NCBI GenBank assembly: GCA_041550235.1
Contig: JBFEPE010000003.1
Coordinates: forward strand, 1,199-65,198
Length of the DNA stretch: 64,000 bases
From: Minisyncoccia bacterium
GTDB taxonomy: Bacteria > Patescibacteriota > Minisyncoccia > UBA6257 > JAAZHW01
Reading direction: 5' to 3'
In this document: in pieces, positions 1 to 9,512 of the stretch
How the letters are laid out: every line of letters starts with the position of its first letter
Numbering within the stretch: the stretch's first letter is position 1
Notes under the pieces: model-generated
What the model saw: the letters and a program-made list of their open reading frames with translations, nothing else
Database searches by the model: none
Told to the model about the DNA's origin: nothing
Translations under genes and position numbers: made by a program

Positions 1-5
1 AAGAA

Positions 6-1019
6 GTGAAGGCAATATATTCTACGACATGGACGGCCATCACTGAAAATGGAATTAATCGGCTAATAGATTTAATAGACAAAACAGAAGTAAATGCAAT
101 CGTTATTGATATAAAAGATTATACTGGCAAGGTGTCATTTAATACAAATTCATTGATAATAAATTCAATGGAATCAGAAAATGGAAGAATATCTAATCTA
201 ACAAATCTTATTAAAAGATTTCATAATAAAAATATATATGCCATTGCAAGAGTTGCTATTTTTCAAGATTTATTTTTGGCGGAGAAAAGACCAGATTTAG
301 CAGTTCAGAGCAAGAGGGCGATTGATGATGGAAAAGACAAAAATTCAATTGATATAATTTGGCGAGATAAAAAAGATTTGGCATGGGTTGATCCTGCCAG
401 CCAAGAAGTTTGGAATTATACAATATCAATAGCGAAAGAATTAGACCGAGTTGGTTTTGACGAGATTAATTTTGATTATATAAGATTTCCATCGGATGGA
501 GATATGAAAGATATTTCCTACCCATTTTATGACGAGAAAAAACCAAGGCAGGAAATTCTAAGTAATTTTTTTAAGTATTTATCAGACAATCTTCGTCCTT
601 TGGGAATAAAAATATCAGTAGATTTATTTGGATTAGCGACAATAAATAGAGATGATTTGGGAATAGGGCAGGTATTGGAGACAGCCATTCCTTATTTTGA
701 TTTTGTTTGTCCAATGGTTTATCCATCTCATTATGCCAAGGGATTTTTGGGTTTTAATAATCCAGCGGAACATCCCTATGAAGTTGTCAAGTATTCGTTA
801 AGGACTGCTCAAGGTAGAATAGATGATTTCAAGAAAAAAAATCCTGATATAAATTTAGCCAAGATAAGACCATGGCTACAAGATTTTGATTTAGGGGCGA
901 CTTATGATGAGAAAATGATCCGTCTTCAAAAAAAGGCGGTTTATGATGTTGGTTTAGATGCCGGCTGGCTCCTCTGGGACCCCAAGAATCAATATACGAT
1001 TAGAGCATTGGATAAGTAA
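6..1019 (+). CDS. Putative glycoside hydrolase (DUF4015-like TIM barrel), 5'-partial
   Basis: Motifs NAIVIDIKD, WVDP, GFDEINFDYIRFP, PMVYPSHY, RPWLQDF; the frame is open to the window edge. Confidence 0.8.
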   Translation: MKAIYSTTWTAITENGINRLIDLIDKTEVNAIVIDIKDYTGKVSFNTNSLIINSMESENGRISNLTNLIKRFHNKNIYAIARVAIFQDLFLAEKRPDLAVQSKRAIDDGKDKNSIDIIWRDKKDLAWVDPASQEVWNYTISIAKELDRVGFDEINFDYIRFPSDGDMKDISYPFYDEKKPRQEILSNFFKYLSDNLRPLGIKISVDLFGLATINRDDLGIGQVLETAIPYFDFVCPMVYPSHYAKGFLGFNNPAEHPYEVVKYSLRTAQGRIDDFKKKNPDINLAKIRPWLQDFDLGATYDEKMIRLQKKAVYDVGLDAGWLLWDPKNQYTIRALDK

Positions 1020-1228
1020 TGTTGATTTGAAAATATCCAGCAGGATATTCAGTAGTTTTTGAAATATATATAATTGATATTGCACTTCTATTAAAATATT
1101 AAAAAAATAAGTTAGAATATAATCAATAAATTATGGTAAATATAAAAGCGGTTTGGAATTTTTAAAATCAAAAACAAAATAAATGGATTTATTTAGCTTG
1201 CTCTCTTCTTGTATTGTGGATAATTATA

Positions 1229-1256
1229 TTGACAAATTTTATTATGATAATATACT
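1229..1256 (+). promoter_or_regulatory. Sigma70-type promoter with adjacent DnaA box
   Basis: TTGACA 1229-1234, TATACT 1251-1256; TGTGGATAA at 1215-1223. Confidence 0.6.
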
Positions 1257-1261
1257 AATAA

Positions 1262-1356
1262 TGTGCTTGTGGGACGAAAGTCCTTTCTCGGACAAGGAAT
1301 TCCTAAGCCGAAAGCAGGCACAACAAAAAAGATTTCTTTTCAAGAAGTCTTTTTTG
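1262..1356 (+). ncRNA. Candidate structured small RNA plus intrinsic terminator
   Basis: GTGCTTG/CAGGCAC closing stem, GGAC-GAAA-GTCC hairpin, TCGG/CCGA stem, AGG-AATT-CCT hairpin, then hairpin plus T-tract 1324-1356; no credible ORF. Confidence 0.5.
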
Positions 1357-1439
1357 ATTATTTTATATTTTCATTTTAGTGTATCCATATTTTATCATAA
1401 TCTAATAATTATTAGAATAATTATAATTTAATTCATCAA

Positions 1440-2345
1440 TTATTTTCTTAAAAAATCATATATTAATTTTTTTGCTTTGGGATAATTGCTTATCCAAATT
1501 ATATTTTGATCTCTCTTCCACCAAGTCATTTGTCTCTTTGCGAACTTCCAGCTTTCAGATAATATCTTTTCAATCATTTCTTTTTTTGTGATGATTCCTC
1601 TCAAATATCTTGAGACAAAACGATATTCTAATCCAAAATTATCAATTCTTTGCCAACTTAACCCAATTTTTTTTAAATTTTTTATCTCATCAATCATCCC
1701 TTTTTTTAGTCTTGAATTAAGACGATGCTCAATTCTTTTTTTTAATTTCTCTGGAGATCTTTTTATACCTATTTTTAAATAGTTATTTTTTGAGATAAAT
1801 TTTTCCTTCTCTTTTTTTGTATCAATATTACTCATCGCTATTTCAATAGCCCGAATTAACCTTCTTTTATTTTTTCTATCAATATTTTTTGCTCTTTTTG
1901 GGTCCATTTTTTTTAATTTATTAAATAGTTTTTCTGCTGATAATTTTTCTAATTTTTTTCTTAATTCAAGATTTGGCTTAACTGGTGATATTTGGATGTC
2001 GCCAAGAAGTGAATCTATATAAAAAGCGGTGCCACCGCAAATAATTGGCAGCTTATTTTTCCTCCATATTTTTTTTATTTCTTTTTGGGCTAACTTTTGA
2101 AATCTGTTGGCTGAGAAATTTCTTTTTGGAGAGGCGATGCTTAATAGGTGGTGGGGGATACCCCTCATTTCTTTTTTAGTGATTTTTCCACTGCCAATAT
2201 CCATTCCCTTATATACTTGTCTTGAGTCAGCGGAAATAATCTCGCCATTGAATTTTTTTGCTATTTGGACTGCTAAATCCGATTTTCCACAAGAAGTCGG
2301 TCCCAATATAATTATCATTTTTTTATCGTCTTTTGAGTTAGTCAT
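1440..2345 (-). CDS. miaA: tRNA dimethylallyltransferase
   Basis: GPTSCGKS, ISADSRQVYKGMDIGSGK, PHHL, GGTAFY, KRQMTW; start moved to ATG 2345 because the longer ORF runs through palindromic repeats. Confidence 0.95.
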   Translation of the reverse strand: MTNSKDDKKMIIILGPTSCGKSDLAVQIAKKFNGEIISADSRQVYKGMDIGSGKITKKEMRGIPHHLLSIASPKRNFSANRFQKLAQKEIKKIWRKNKLPIICGGTAFYIDSLLGDIQISPVKPNLELRKKLEKLSAEKLFNKLKKMDPKRAKNIDRKNKRRLIRAIEIAMSNIDTKKEKEKFISKNNYLKIGIKRSPEKLKKRIEHRLNSRLKKGMIDEIKNLKKIGLSWQRIDNFGLEYRFVSRYLRGIITKKEMIEKILSESWKFAKRQMTWWKRDQNIIWISNYPKAKKLIYDFLRK

Positions 2346-2409
2346 ATTTGATATTATAGCCGATGTTTTGAAAATTTTTAAGTAGTATTTTTTATAAAAA
2401 GATTGAACA

Positions 2410-2592
2410 TCCTCCCCGCCCCTTTGGGGCGGGGAGGAGGGTGCAGGCATATTAAATACTTCCCCCGCCTGTGGCGGGGGAAGTATGGGTGTATTCAAAA
2501 TTTAGAACAAATAGAGAGTAAATATAAAAAAATAATAATATCCCCCCCCCGCCCGCAAGGGCGGGGGGATTGTCTTATCTTATCATCGCGAG
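2410..2592. repeat. Cluster of three GC-rich palindromes plus the end of a MITE-like element
   Basis: Hairpins at 2410-2438, 2456-2486, 2541-2570; 2496-2545 resembles 54691-54745 and 46929-46960. Confidence 0.85.
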
Positions 2593-2731
2593 AAGTGAGG
2601 CAACGATACTTTTCCACAGAAAAGATATTGATTATATTTTTAAATATGTAAAATGGTTGTTGGATGGATTAAAAAATATTTTTGAGAATAAAAAATAAAA
2701 AATAACATAAACTAAAAAAGGAGAAAAAACC

Positions 2732-2920
2732 ATGAAAAGAAGACTAAAAGAAAAAAAACTGAACCTCGGAAAGAAAACTATTACGAATTTAAGCAGAGAA
2801 GAGAGGAGTCATGTGGTAGCTGGAGAAGACACCGATCACCATTGTGGTTGCCTTTGCTCTATCGATGTGGCAACAAGCCTTGGTTTTTCGTGTGATAATG
2901 ACCCACCGCTTGTCCCATAA
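2732..2920 (+). CDS. Small Cys-rich peptide, RiPP/lanthipeptide-precursor-like
   Basis: SD AAGGAG; leader KKLNLGKKTITNL, putative cleavage after VVAG; core with 4 Cys and several Ser/Thr; terminator follows. Confidence 0.65.
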   Translation: MKRRLKEKKLNLGKKTITNLSREERSHVVAGEDTDHHCGCLCSIDVATSLGFSCDNDPPLVP

Positions 2921-2940
2921 TCCCATAATTTTTTATCAAC

Positions 2941-2980
2941 CGCCCCCGAACTGAAGTTTAGTTCGGGGGTGCTTTTTTAT
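2941..2980 (+). terminator. Intrinsic terminator
   Basis: CCCCCGAACT/AGTTCGGGGG stem followed by T-tract. Confidence 0.8.
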
Positions 2981-3006
2981 TTCGATTATTTTTTGTTTTT
3001 TCTATA

Positions 3007-3112
3007 TAAAAAATGGGGTATAATATATTAATATATTGAGTGATGGGATATATCCCCCCGCCTACGGCGGGGGGATATATGAATGCCTAATAAAAAATGG
3101 GGTATAATATAT
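3007..3112. repeat. GC palindrome (3048-3080) between identical 22-bp promoter-containing direct repeats
   Basis: TAAAAAATGGGGTATAATATAT at 3007-3028 and 3091-3112. Confidence 0.9.
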
Positions 3113-3114
3113 AT

Positions 3115-5472
3115 ATGATGAGGAGAGATGAGATAAAATCAATAAAAAAATATTTTAGATTGGCGAATTATATTACTGTCGCCCAAATTTACTTACAAAA
3201 TAATTTCTTATTAGAAAAACCACTCTCGCCTGACGACATAAAACCACGATTATTAGGACATTGGGGGACATGCCCGGGCATAAACTTTACTTATGCCCAC
3301 CTAAATTTTTTAATAAAAAAAACAGGAGCAAATATATTATTTATATTAGGACCCGGTCATGGATTCCCCGCCCTTCAAGCAAACCTTTACTTAGAGGGAA
3401 CATTAAGAAAATTTTATCCCCAAGCAAAATTTGATGAGAGCGGACTATCATATATATCAAAAAACTTCAGTTGGCCTTATGGATTCCCAAGCCATACAAA
3501 TCCCGGAACACCCGGCTCAATACTTGAAGGCGGAGAATTAGGATATTCATTATCAACTGCATTCGGAGCAGTATTAGATAATCCAAATTTAATAGCTGCT
3601 TGTTTGATTGGAGATGGAGAGGCCGAAACAGGACCATTGGCAGCAAGTTGGCATTTAAATAAATTCTTAAGCCCATCTATCGATGGAGCAGTTTTGCCAA
3701 TTCTTCATTTGAATGAATATAAAATATCAGGACCAACAATATATGGAAGAATGAGCAGAAGAGAATTAAAAAATTATTTTTGCGGATGTGGGTGGCAACC
3801 AATATTTGTGAAGGGAAATTCATTGTTTGGAGATATAAAAATGAATATTGCTCTACAAAAATGTTATTCAATAATAAGGGATATTCAAGGAGGGAAAGAT
3901 AAAAAATGGCCGATGATTATTTTGGAAACACCTAAGGGATGGACGGGGATAAAGGAATTTAATGGCAAAAAAATTGAAGGAAATTATTTATCTCATCAAG
4001 TGCCTTTAAAAAATGTTAAAGATGATAAAGAAGAAAGAAGGGCATTGGAGGATTGGCTCCTTTCTTATGGAGCAAAATCTCTTTTCTCAAATGATAAGGG
4101 TCCAATAAGAGATGTTTTGTCTATTTTGCCAGAAGAAAATAAAAGAATGGGTAGGAATATCCACACAATGGCTGAAAAAGTTTCAAAAAATTTAGAATTG
4201 CCAGATTGGACTAAGTTCGCAGAGCCACCAAAGAATATGGGAGAAATTGGCTCAAGTAATATGAGAAGAATTGGAGATTATTTAGCAGAGGTTTTCTCAT
4301 TAAATAAGGGGGAAGCAAATTTTCGGCTATTTTCACCAGATGAAACATATTCTAATAAATTAGATGCAGTTTTCAAAAAGACAAAAAGAATATTTTTGTG
4401 GCCATTGAAAAAAACGGATGAAGATTTTTCTTCAAGAAGGGGAGGGGTGATAGAAATACTCAGCGAGCATTCTTTACAGGGAATTTTACAAGGATATGTC
4501 CTCACGGGAAGGCATGGAGTATTTGCTAGTTATGAGGCATTTATTGAAATTGTATCATCAATGGCAGACCAACTTGCTAAATTCTTGAAAGCAAGCAGGG
4601 AATTTCCATGGCGAAAGGGTGTGCCGTCTTTCAATTATATCCTCACATCATCAGGGTGGCGACAAGACCATAATGGATTTTCTCATCAAAACCCAAGCTT
4701 CATTGACGGACTGCTTCAATCAGGAAATGATTTTGTTTCTGCTTATTTTCCTGTTGATGGGACAATGTCGCTGGCAGTGATAGATTATTGTTTAAGAACA
4801 AGGGATAAAATAAATATTATTTCTGCTGGAAAAACATTGGAGCCAAAATGGTTGGGGATAAATCAGGCAAAAGATATGATGGAAAAGGGGATAGATATTT
4901 GGAATGATATAAGCGATAAGAATCCTGATATTGTTTTTGTTGGCATCGGCGATTATATGACGAAAGAATGTATTTATGCGATTGATCTTATCAAAAAAGA
5001 AATTCCAAAAGTTAAGGTGAGGTTTGTAAATATTTTAGAAATAAATTCTTTTGGTTTTGGAAATTATAATTGGAGAAAAAATAATCCTGATAAAGATTTT
5101 AATTTTTATTTTACTTCTAATAAGCCAGTTATATTTAATTTTCATGGATATCCTGAAACAATAAAGGATATATTATTTGATAAATCTAAAAATCCATCAA
5201 GGTTTAAGGTTTTCGGATATATTGAGAATGGCTCCACCACCACTCCTTTTGATATGCAAATAAGGAATAAGACGAGTAGATGGCATTTGCTAATGGAGGC
5301 GGTTTTGTCTCTTGAGGAAAAGAAGAAAATAAGCTCGGCTACTGCCAAAAAAATAATTGATAAGCATAACGAGAAAATATCAAAACATAATTCTTATATT
5401 AAGAAACACGGAGTAGATCTCCCCGAAATTCAGGATTTTGGTAAGAGTGGCATCAGCGAAGAAATATTATAA
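3115..5472 (+). CDS. xfp: Phosphoketolase (XFP family)
   Basis: LGHWGTCPG, GPGHG, EGGELGYSL, GDGEAETG (TPP binding), LSEH, RQDHNGFSHQ. Confidence 0.95.
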   Translation: MMRRDEIKSIKKYFRLANYITVAQIYLQNNFLLEKPLSPDDIKPRLLGHWGTCPGINFTYAHLNFLIKKTGANILFILGPGHGFPALQANLYLEGTLRKFYPQAKFDESGLSYISKNFSWPYGFPSHTNPGTPGSILEGGELGYSLSTAFGAVLDNPNLIAACLIGDGEAETGPLAASWHLNKFLSPSIDGAVLPILHLNEYKISGPTIYGRMSRRELKNYFCGCGWQPIFVKGNSLFGDIKMNIALQKCYSIIRDIQGGKDKKWPMIILETPKGWTGIKEFNGKKIEGNYLSHQVPLKNVKDDKEERRALEDWLLSYGAKSLFSNDKGPIRDVLSILPEENKRMGRNIHTMAEKVSKNLELPDWTKFAEPPKNMGEIGSSNMRRIGDYLAEVFSLNKGEANFRLFSPDETYSNKLDAVFKKTKRIFLWPLKKTDEDFSSRRGGVIEILSEHSLQGILQGYVLTGRHGVFASYEAFIEIVSSMADQLAKFLKASREFPWRKGVPSFNYILTSSGWRQDHNGFSHQNPSFIDGLLQSGNDFVSAYFPVDGTMSLAVIDYCLRTRDKINIISAGKTLEPKWLGINQAKDMMEKGIDIWNDISDKNPDIVFVGIGDYMTKECIYAIDLIKKEIPKVKVRFVNILEINSFGFGNYNWRKNNPDKDFNFYFTSNKPVIFNFHGYPETIKDILFDKSKNPSRFKVFGYIENGSTTTPFDMQIRNKTSRWHLLMEAVLSLEEKKKISSATAKKIIDKHNEKISKHNSYIKKHGVDLPEIQDFGKSGISEEIL

Positions 5473-5474
5473 TT

Positions 5475-5567
5475 TGTGGATAATTGCTATTGATTTTTAA
5501 TTTTATTCCTGGTAAGATAAAAACACTATGAGCACCGGTTCTGCCTTTGGCAAGACCGGTTTTTTTA
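5475..5567 (+). other. Gene-less promoter-to-terminator unit beside a DnaA box
   Basis: TGTGGATAA 5475-5483; extended -10 TGGTAAGAT near 5510-5518; ACCGGT...ACCGGT hairpin plus T-tract. Confidence 0.45.
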
Positions 5568-5583
5568 TTGTATAATCAAGGTA

Positions 5584-5734
5584 ATGAAAATAGCGGTTTA
5601 TATTGATGGGAGTAATTTTTATAAATATCTCAAAGATAAAGAAATTTCCTTGCCAAAAGGAAAAAAGTTTAATTAAGCATTCTGATTTTAGTCGGCTCTT
5701 ATCAAGGGAGGATGTTTTTAATTTTTCAGAATGA
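5584..5734 (+). pseudogene. NYN (LabA/DUF88) domain gene with internal deletion
   Basis: N-terminus MKIAVYIDGSNFY stops at 5676; C-terminal-like LIKHSDFSRLLSREDVFNFSE* continues in another frame. Confidence 0.7.
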
Positions 5735-5916
5735 GGTGGTAATATGATAAATGTATTCATAAAAAATGTAATAATTTATGTTTTGATTTTGATAATAATT
5801 TTTCAATTTTATTTAACCATGAGGTTAAAATTTATTATTAGTAAGTAAAAATAGATGAATGCTCTTTTTTGTCTTAAATGTGATTATGTGCTATTCTGAT
5901 AATAATCAGAAACAAT

Positions 5917-8433
5917 ATGTTTAACTTTTTGAAGAAAGACTCCGCGGAGGTATTTCGAAAGAAAAACTTAAAAACAATAGAGGCAATCAATAAATTAGAG
6001 CCGGAAATTGAGAAATTGAGCGATTTTTCTCTTAGAGAAAAATCGCTAAAATTAAAGGAGCAAATAAAAAATCCATCCGATTTGGATAATTTTTTAGTAG
6101 AAGGATTTGCTCTTATAAGAGAAGCCGCTAAAAGACAATTGGGACAAAGACACCGACCTTTTGATTCTCAAATGCTTGGAGGATTAGCAATGCATCAAGG
6201 AAAAATAATAGAGATGAAAACAGGTGAAGGGAAAACATTGTCTGCCACCGCCCCAGTTTATTTAAATGCCTTACTGGGAAGAGGAGTTCATATCGTGACC
6301 GTCAATGATTATTTAGCAAAAAGAGATGCAGTTTGGATGGGGCAAATTTATTATGCATTAGGATTATCAGTGAGTTGTATTGTTTCAGGCGATGCATTTA
6401 TTTACGACCCATCAGCCAATGGAAATTCTGATGAAGCAAGAGACAAAAAAGGATTTTTTCAAATAGAGGATTCATATTTAAGGCAGGTTGAAAGAAAAGA
6501 GGCATATCAAGCGGACATCACTTATGGAGCGAATCATGAGTTTGGATTTGATTATTTAAGGGACAATTTAGTTTATAAATTAGAGGACAAAGTCCAAAGA
6601 GGAAGATTTTTCGCAATCGTAGATGAGGTTGATAGTATTTTAATTGACGAGGCAAGAACACCGCTTATCATCACATTTCCCGAAAAAGAATCAAGTAAAT
6701 ATTATTCCCTTTTTTCACAAATTGCCCCTCAATTAAAAAAAGATGAGGATTATGAAGTTGATGAAAAATATCGCTCAGTGAGTATAAATGAATCAGGAAT
6801 TTCAAAAGTAGAAAAAATTTTGGGGATAGATAATCTTTATAGTCAATCAGGTTTTAGATACATCCATTATTTAGAAGAATCATTAAAGGCATTTGCGATT
6901 TTTAAGAAAGATAAGGATTATGTAGTAAAAAACAACGAAGTTTTAATTGTAGATGAATTTACAGGAAGAATTCTTGCAGGGAGAAGATATAGTGGGGGAC
7001 TCCATCAAGCATTGGAAGCAAAAGAAAAAGTTCCTGTTCGTCAAGAAAATAGAATTATGGCAAGCATTACTTATCAAAATTATTTCCGCTCATATGAAAA
7101 ACTATCAGGGATGACTGGGACTGCCCTCACATCAGCTGAGGAATTTGATAAGGTTTATGGATTGGAAGCGGTTGCAATCCCAACCAATAAACCAATTATT
7201 AGAAAAGACTTGCCTGATTTGATTTATAAGACAGAAAAAGAAAAATGGAGTGCGATTATTGAAGAAATAAGGGAGAAAAATGAAAAAGGTCAGCCAATTT
7301 TAGTTGGGACGGCATCAATTGAAAAAAATGAAAAATTATCAGGACTTCTTTCTCGAGTTGGAATTGAGCATAATCTTTTGAATGCAAAAAATCATGAAAA
7401 AGAAGCGGGAATTATTGCTCAAGCAGGGAAAAGGGGTTCAATAACAATCGCCACCAATATGGCAGGAAGGGGTGTTGATATTGTTTTAGGTGGCTCAAAT
7501 AGTAGCCCCGAGGAAGGAGATGAGATAAGAAAGTTGGGCGGATTGGCTGTTATTGCTACTGATAGACATGAGGCAAGAAGAATTGATAATCAGTTAAGAG
7601 GGCGAGCGGGAAGAATGGGCGACCCGGGCGAATCAAGATTTTTTGTTTCATTAGAAGATGATTTGATGAGAATTTTCGGTGGCGAAAAATTAAAGGGGAT
7701 GATGGAGAGATTTAATTATCCAGAAGGGGAGCCAATAGAATCAAAGTTTATTTCAAAGGCAATAGAGTCAGCCCAAAGCAAGGTGGAGGGCATGCATTTT
7801 GATGTAAGAAAACATACTCTTGAGTATGATGATGTTTTGAATAAGCACAGAACTTCTTTTTATAAAAAAAGGAATGAGGTTTTAGAGTCATCTAATTTAG
7901 AGGAATATACATATCAGATTATTAAAAAAAATCTGGAAAGATTTGCTGATGTTCCCAGTGAGGAATTGAATAGGGTATTAAGCGAATTGGAAATTGATTC
8001 TCCTCAAAATTTTGATTCTAAATTTCAGAAAATAAAGACAAATATTGGTATTGATTTATTTGAGCCAACTCTTAAGTCATTGATTTTAAGAATTTTGGAT
8101 TCGTTATGGACGGAGCATTTGGAAGATATGGACCATCTTAGAGACTCGGTTAGATTGAGGGCTTATGGGCATCATGATCCATTAGTGGAATATAGGAATG
8201 GGGGAAAGAAACTTTTTGATGAATTTTTTATGAGATTTGAGGCGATTTTATTTGAGAACTTTTTTAGATTAAAGAAGCCAGAGTTGTCTATTTCGTCTCA
8301 TCAGCCAAAGGTTCCAGCGAATAAGCCACCGTCATCATTATCAAATCCATCGTCGTCTAATTCCAAGATTGGAAGAAATGATCAATGTCCTTGTGGTTCA
8401 GGAAAGAAATATAAGAAATGCTGCGGCTTTTGA
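5917..8433 (+). CDS. secA: Preprotein translocase SecA
   Basis: MKTGEGKT, VTVNDYLAKRD, IVDEVDSILIDEARTP, ATNMAGRG, C-terminal CPCGSGKKYKKCC. Confidence 0.98.
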   Translation: MFNFLKKDSAEVFRKKNLKTIEAINKLEPEIEKLSDFSLREKSLKLKEQIKNPSDLDNFLVEGFALIREAAKRQLGQRHRPFDSQMLGGLAMHQGKIIEMKTGEGKTLSATAPVYLNALLGRGVHIVTVNDYLAKRDAVWMGQIYYALGLSVSCIVSGDAFIYDPSANGNSDEARDKKGFFQIEDSYLRQVERKEAYQADITYGANHEFGFDYLRDNLVYKLEDKVQRGRFFAIVDEVDSILIDEARTPLIITFPEKESSKYYSLFSQIAPQLKKDEDYEVDEKYRSVSINESGISKVEKILGIDNLYSQSGFRYIHYLEESLKAFAIFKKDKDYVVKNNEVLIVDEFTGRILAGRRYSGGLHQALEAKEKVPVRQENRIMASITYQNYFRSYEKLSGMTGTALTSAEEFDKVYGLEAVAIPTNKPIIRKDLPDLIYKTEKEKWSAIIEEIREKNEKGQPILVGTASIEKNEKLSGLLSRVGIEHNLLNAKNHEKEAGIIAQAGKRGSITIATNMAGRGVDIVLGGSNSSPEEGDEIRKLGGLAVIATDRHEARRIDNQLRGRAGRMGDPGESRFFVSLEDDLMRIFGGEKLKGMMERFNYPEGEPIESKFISKAIESAQSKVEGMHFDVRKHTLEYDDVLNKHRTSFYKKRNEVLESSNLEEYTYQIIKKNLERFADVPSEELNRVLSELEIDSPQNFDSKFQKIKTNIGIDLFEPTLKSLILRILDSLWTEHLEDMDHLRDSVRLRAYGHHDPLVEYRNGGKKLFDEFFMRFEAILFENFFRLKKPELSISSHQPKVPANKPPSSLSNPSSSNSKIGRNDQCPCGSGKKYKKCCGF

Positions 8434-8462
8434 TCTTGATTTATTAATTATTTTATCTCCTT

Positions 8463-8590
8463 CTTGTCATTCCTGTCCGCCAAAGGCGGATAATACTCCA
8501 TCAGCCTGCCCGCCTTCGGCGGGGAATCTCTACCTTGCTATTATCACTCATTCGCCATCCTTTAGACCCCCGCCTTCGCGGGGGTGACAG
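8463..8590. repeat. Composite REP-like element (GTCATTCC...GGAATCT with nested hairpins) plus CCCCCGCCTTCGCGGGGGTGAC hairpin
   Basis: About 70 bp unit recurs inverted at about 33633-33700 and 47194-47260. Confidence 0.85.
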
Positions 8591-8747
8591 AGAGAGGATG
8601 CCTCTCTTATTCCCCGCCCCCGCATAGATTTAAATTTGACATATTCTATAATCTTTGATATTATTAGATTAGAGAATAGATAATATATTTTGTCTATTCT
8701 TGAAAATTTAAGATGATAGAAAATTTAAAAAATAGGAGGAAATTAAA

Positions 8748-9434
8748 ATGACTGAAGAAAAGAAAATTAAAGAGGGGAGTTTTTCTGCTAATCCCTTTGG
8801 GGGAATTATCCCTTATAAAGAAACGGGAGAAGAGAAAATAAAAAAGTTGGAGGCGATATTTTTTTTAATGAGAAAGGAAAGAAAAAGATTGCTATCTGCT
8901 GAAAAAACAGAAAAATTAAAAAGAATGATGCTGGATGATATAAGTTCTTTATTAAATCTCTATGCGGGAATATGCAGAAAGAAAAGATTTTCTCCGAAAA
9001 CCTTGGCGAAAATTGGTGATATCAACCGCACAAATAGACAGAAGATATATGGTTGGGAAAATGAAATGAAGGCATTTGGCATTGAAGACCTTGAATATCA
9101 TAAGGCCGTTGAAACACTCACGGAAAAGGAAAAATGGGATTTGTTTTTTATGATAATTGCCTTTGTGCAAAACAAGGGTTACGGGAACTTTGTTTATCAA
9201 TACGAAGAGTCCAATAAAGAGGATGGAAAATATTGGGAAATTTATTTTAAGGAAAATTGGAGCACATTGTTGAAAAAGATATTTTCTTTGGTCTTTGGGG
9301 AAGATTTTATTAATTATCTGATAGGCCTTGAGGGGGTTGTTGCGGACTCATCTTTGGAAATTCCAATTGAAAGGATTGCTGAACGATTTAAATCATTCAG
9401 CTTCAAATGGATTAATCTTGATTATTCTAAATAA
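8748..9434 (+). CDS. Hypothetical protein (solo unit)
   Basis: 228 aa; TTGACA promoter near 8636, SD AGGAGG, terminator 9467-9512. Confidence 0.75.
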   Translation: MTEEKKIKEGSFSANPFGGIIPYKETGEEKIKKLEAIFFLMRKERKRLLSAEKTEKLKRMMLDDISSLLNLYAGICRKKRFSPKTLAKIGDINRTNRQKIYGWENEMKAFGIEDLEYHKAVETLTEKEKWDLFFMIIAFVQNKGYGNFVYQYEESNKEDGKYWEIYFKENWSTLLKKIFSLVFGEDFINYLIGLEGVVADSSLEIPIERIAERFKSFSFKWINLDYSK

Positions 9435-9466
9435 ATAAAAAGATGTCTCCTAAAAAGACAAAGCGG

Positions 9467-9512
9467 TTCCGCTGACTTTCCTTATTGGGGAAGGTCGGCG
9501 GGCTATTTTTTT
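9467..9512 (+). terminator. Intrinsic terminator
   Basis: CCGCTGACTTTCC/GGAAGGTCGGCGG stem plus T-tract. Confidence 0.7.

Noticed and set aside
1183-1431. 82-aa ORF
   Set aside because: It spans a promoter, the structured RNA candidate and a terminator; low-complexity translation
2346-2498. N-terminal extension of MiaA
   Set aside because: It is read-through of palindromic repeats; MiaA similarity begins near ATG 2345
3115-5472. Phosphoketolase as a novelty
   Set aside because: A normal full-length XFP enzyme, consistent with fermentative metabolism
8369-8587. ORF with PPKADNTPSACPPSAG similar to ORF 47154-47429
   Set aside because: The similarity comes from the shared DNA repeat, not from a protein family; the same applies to ORFs 43411-43653, 46686-46877 and 47300-47656
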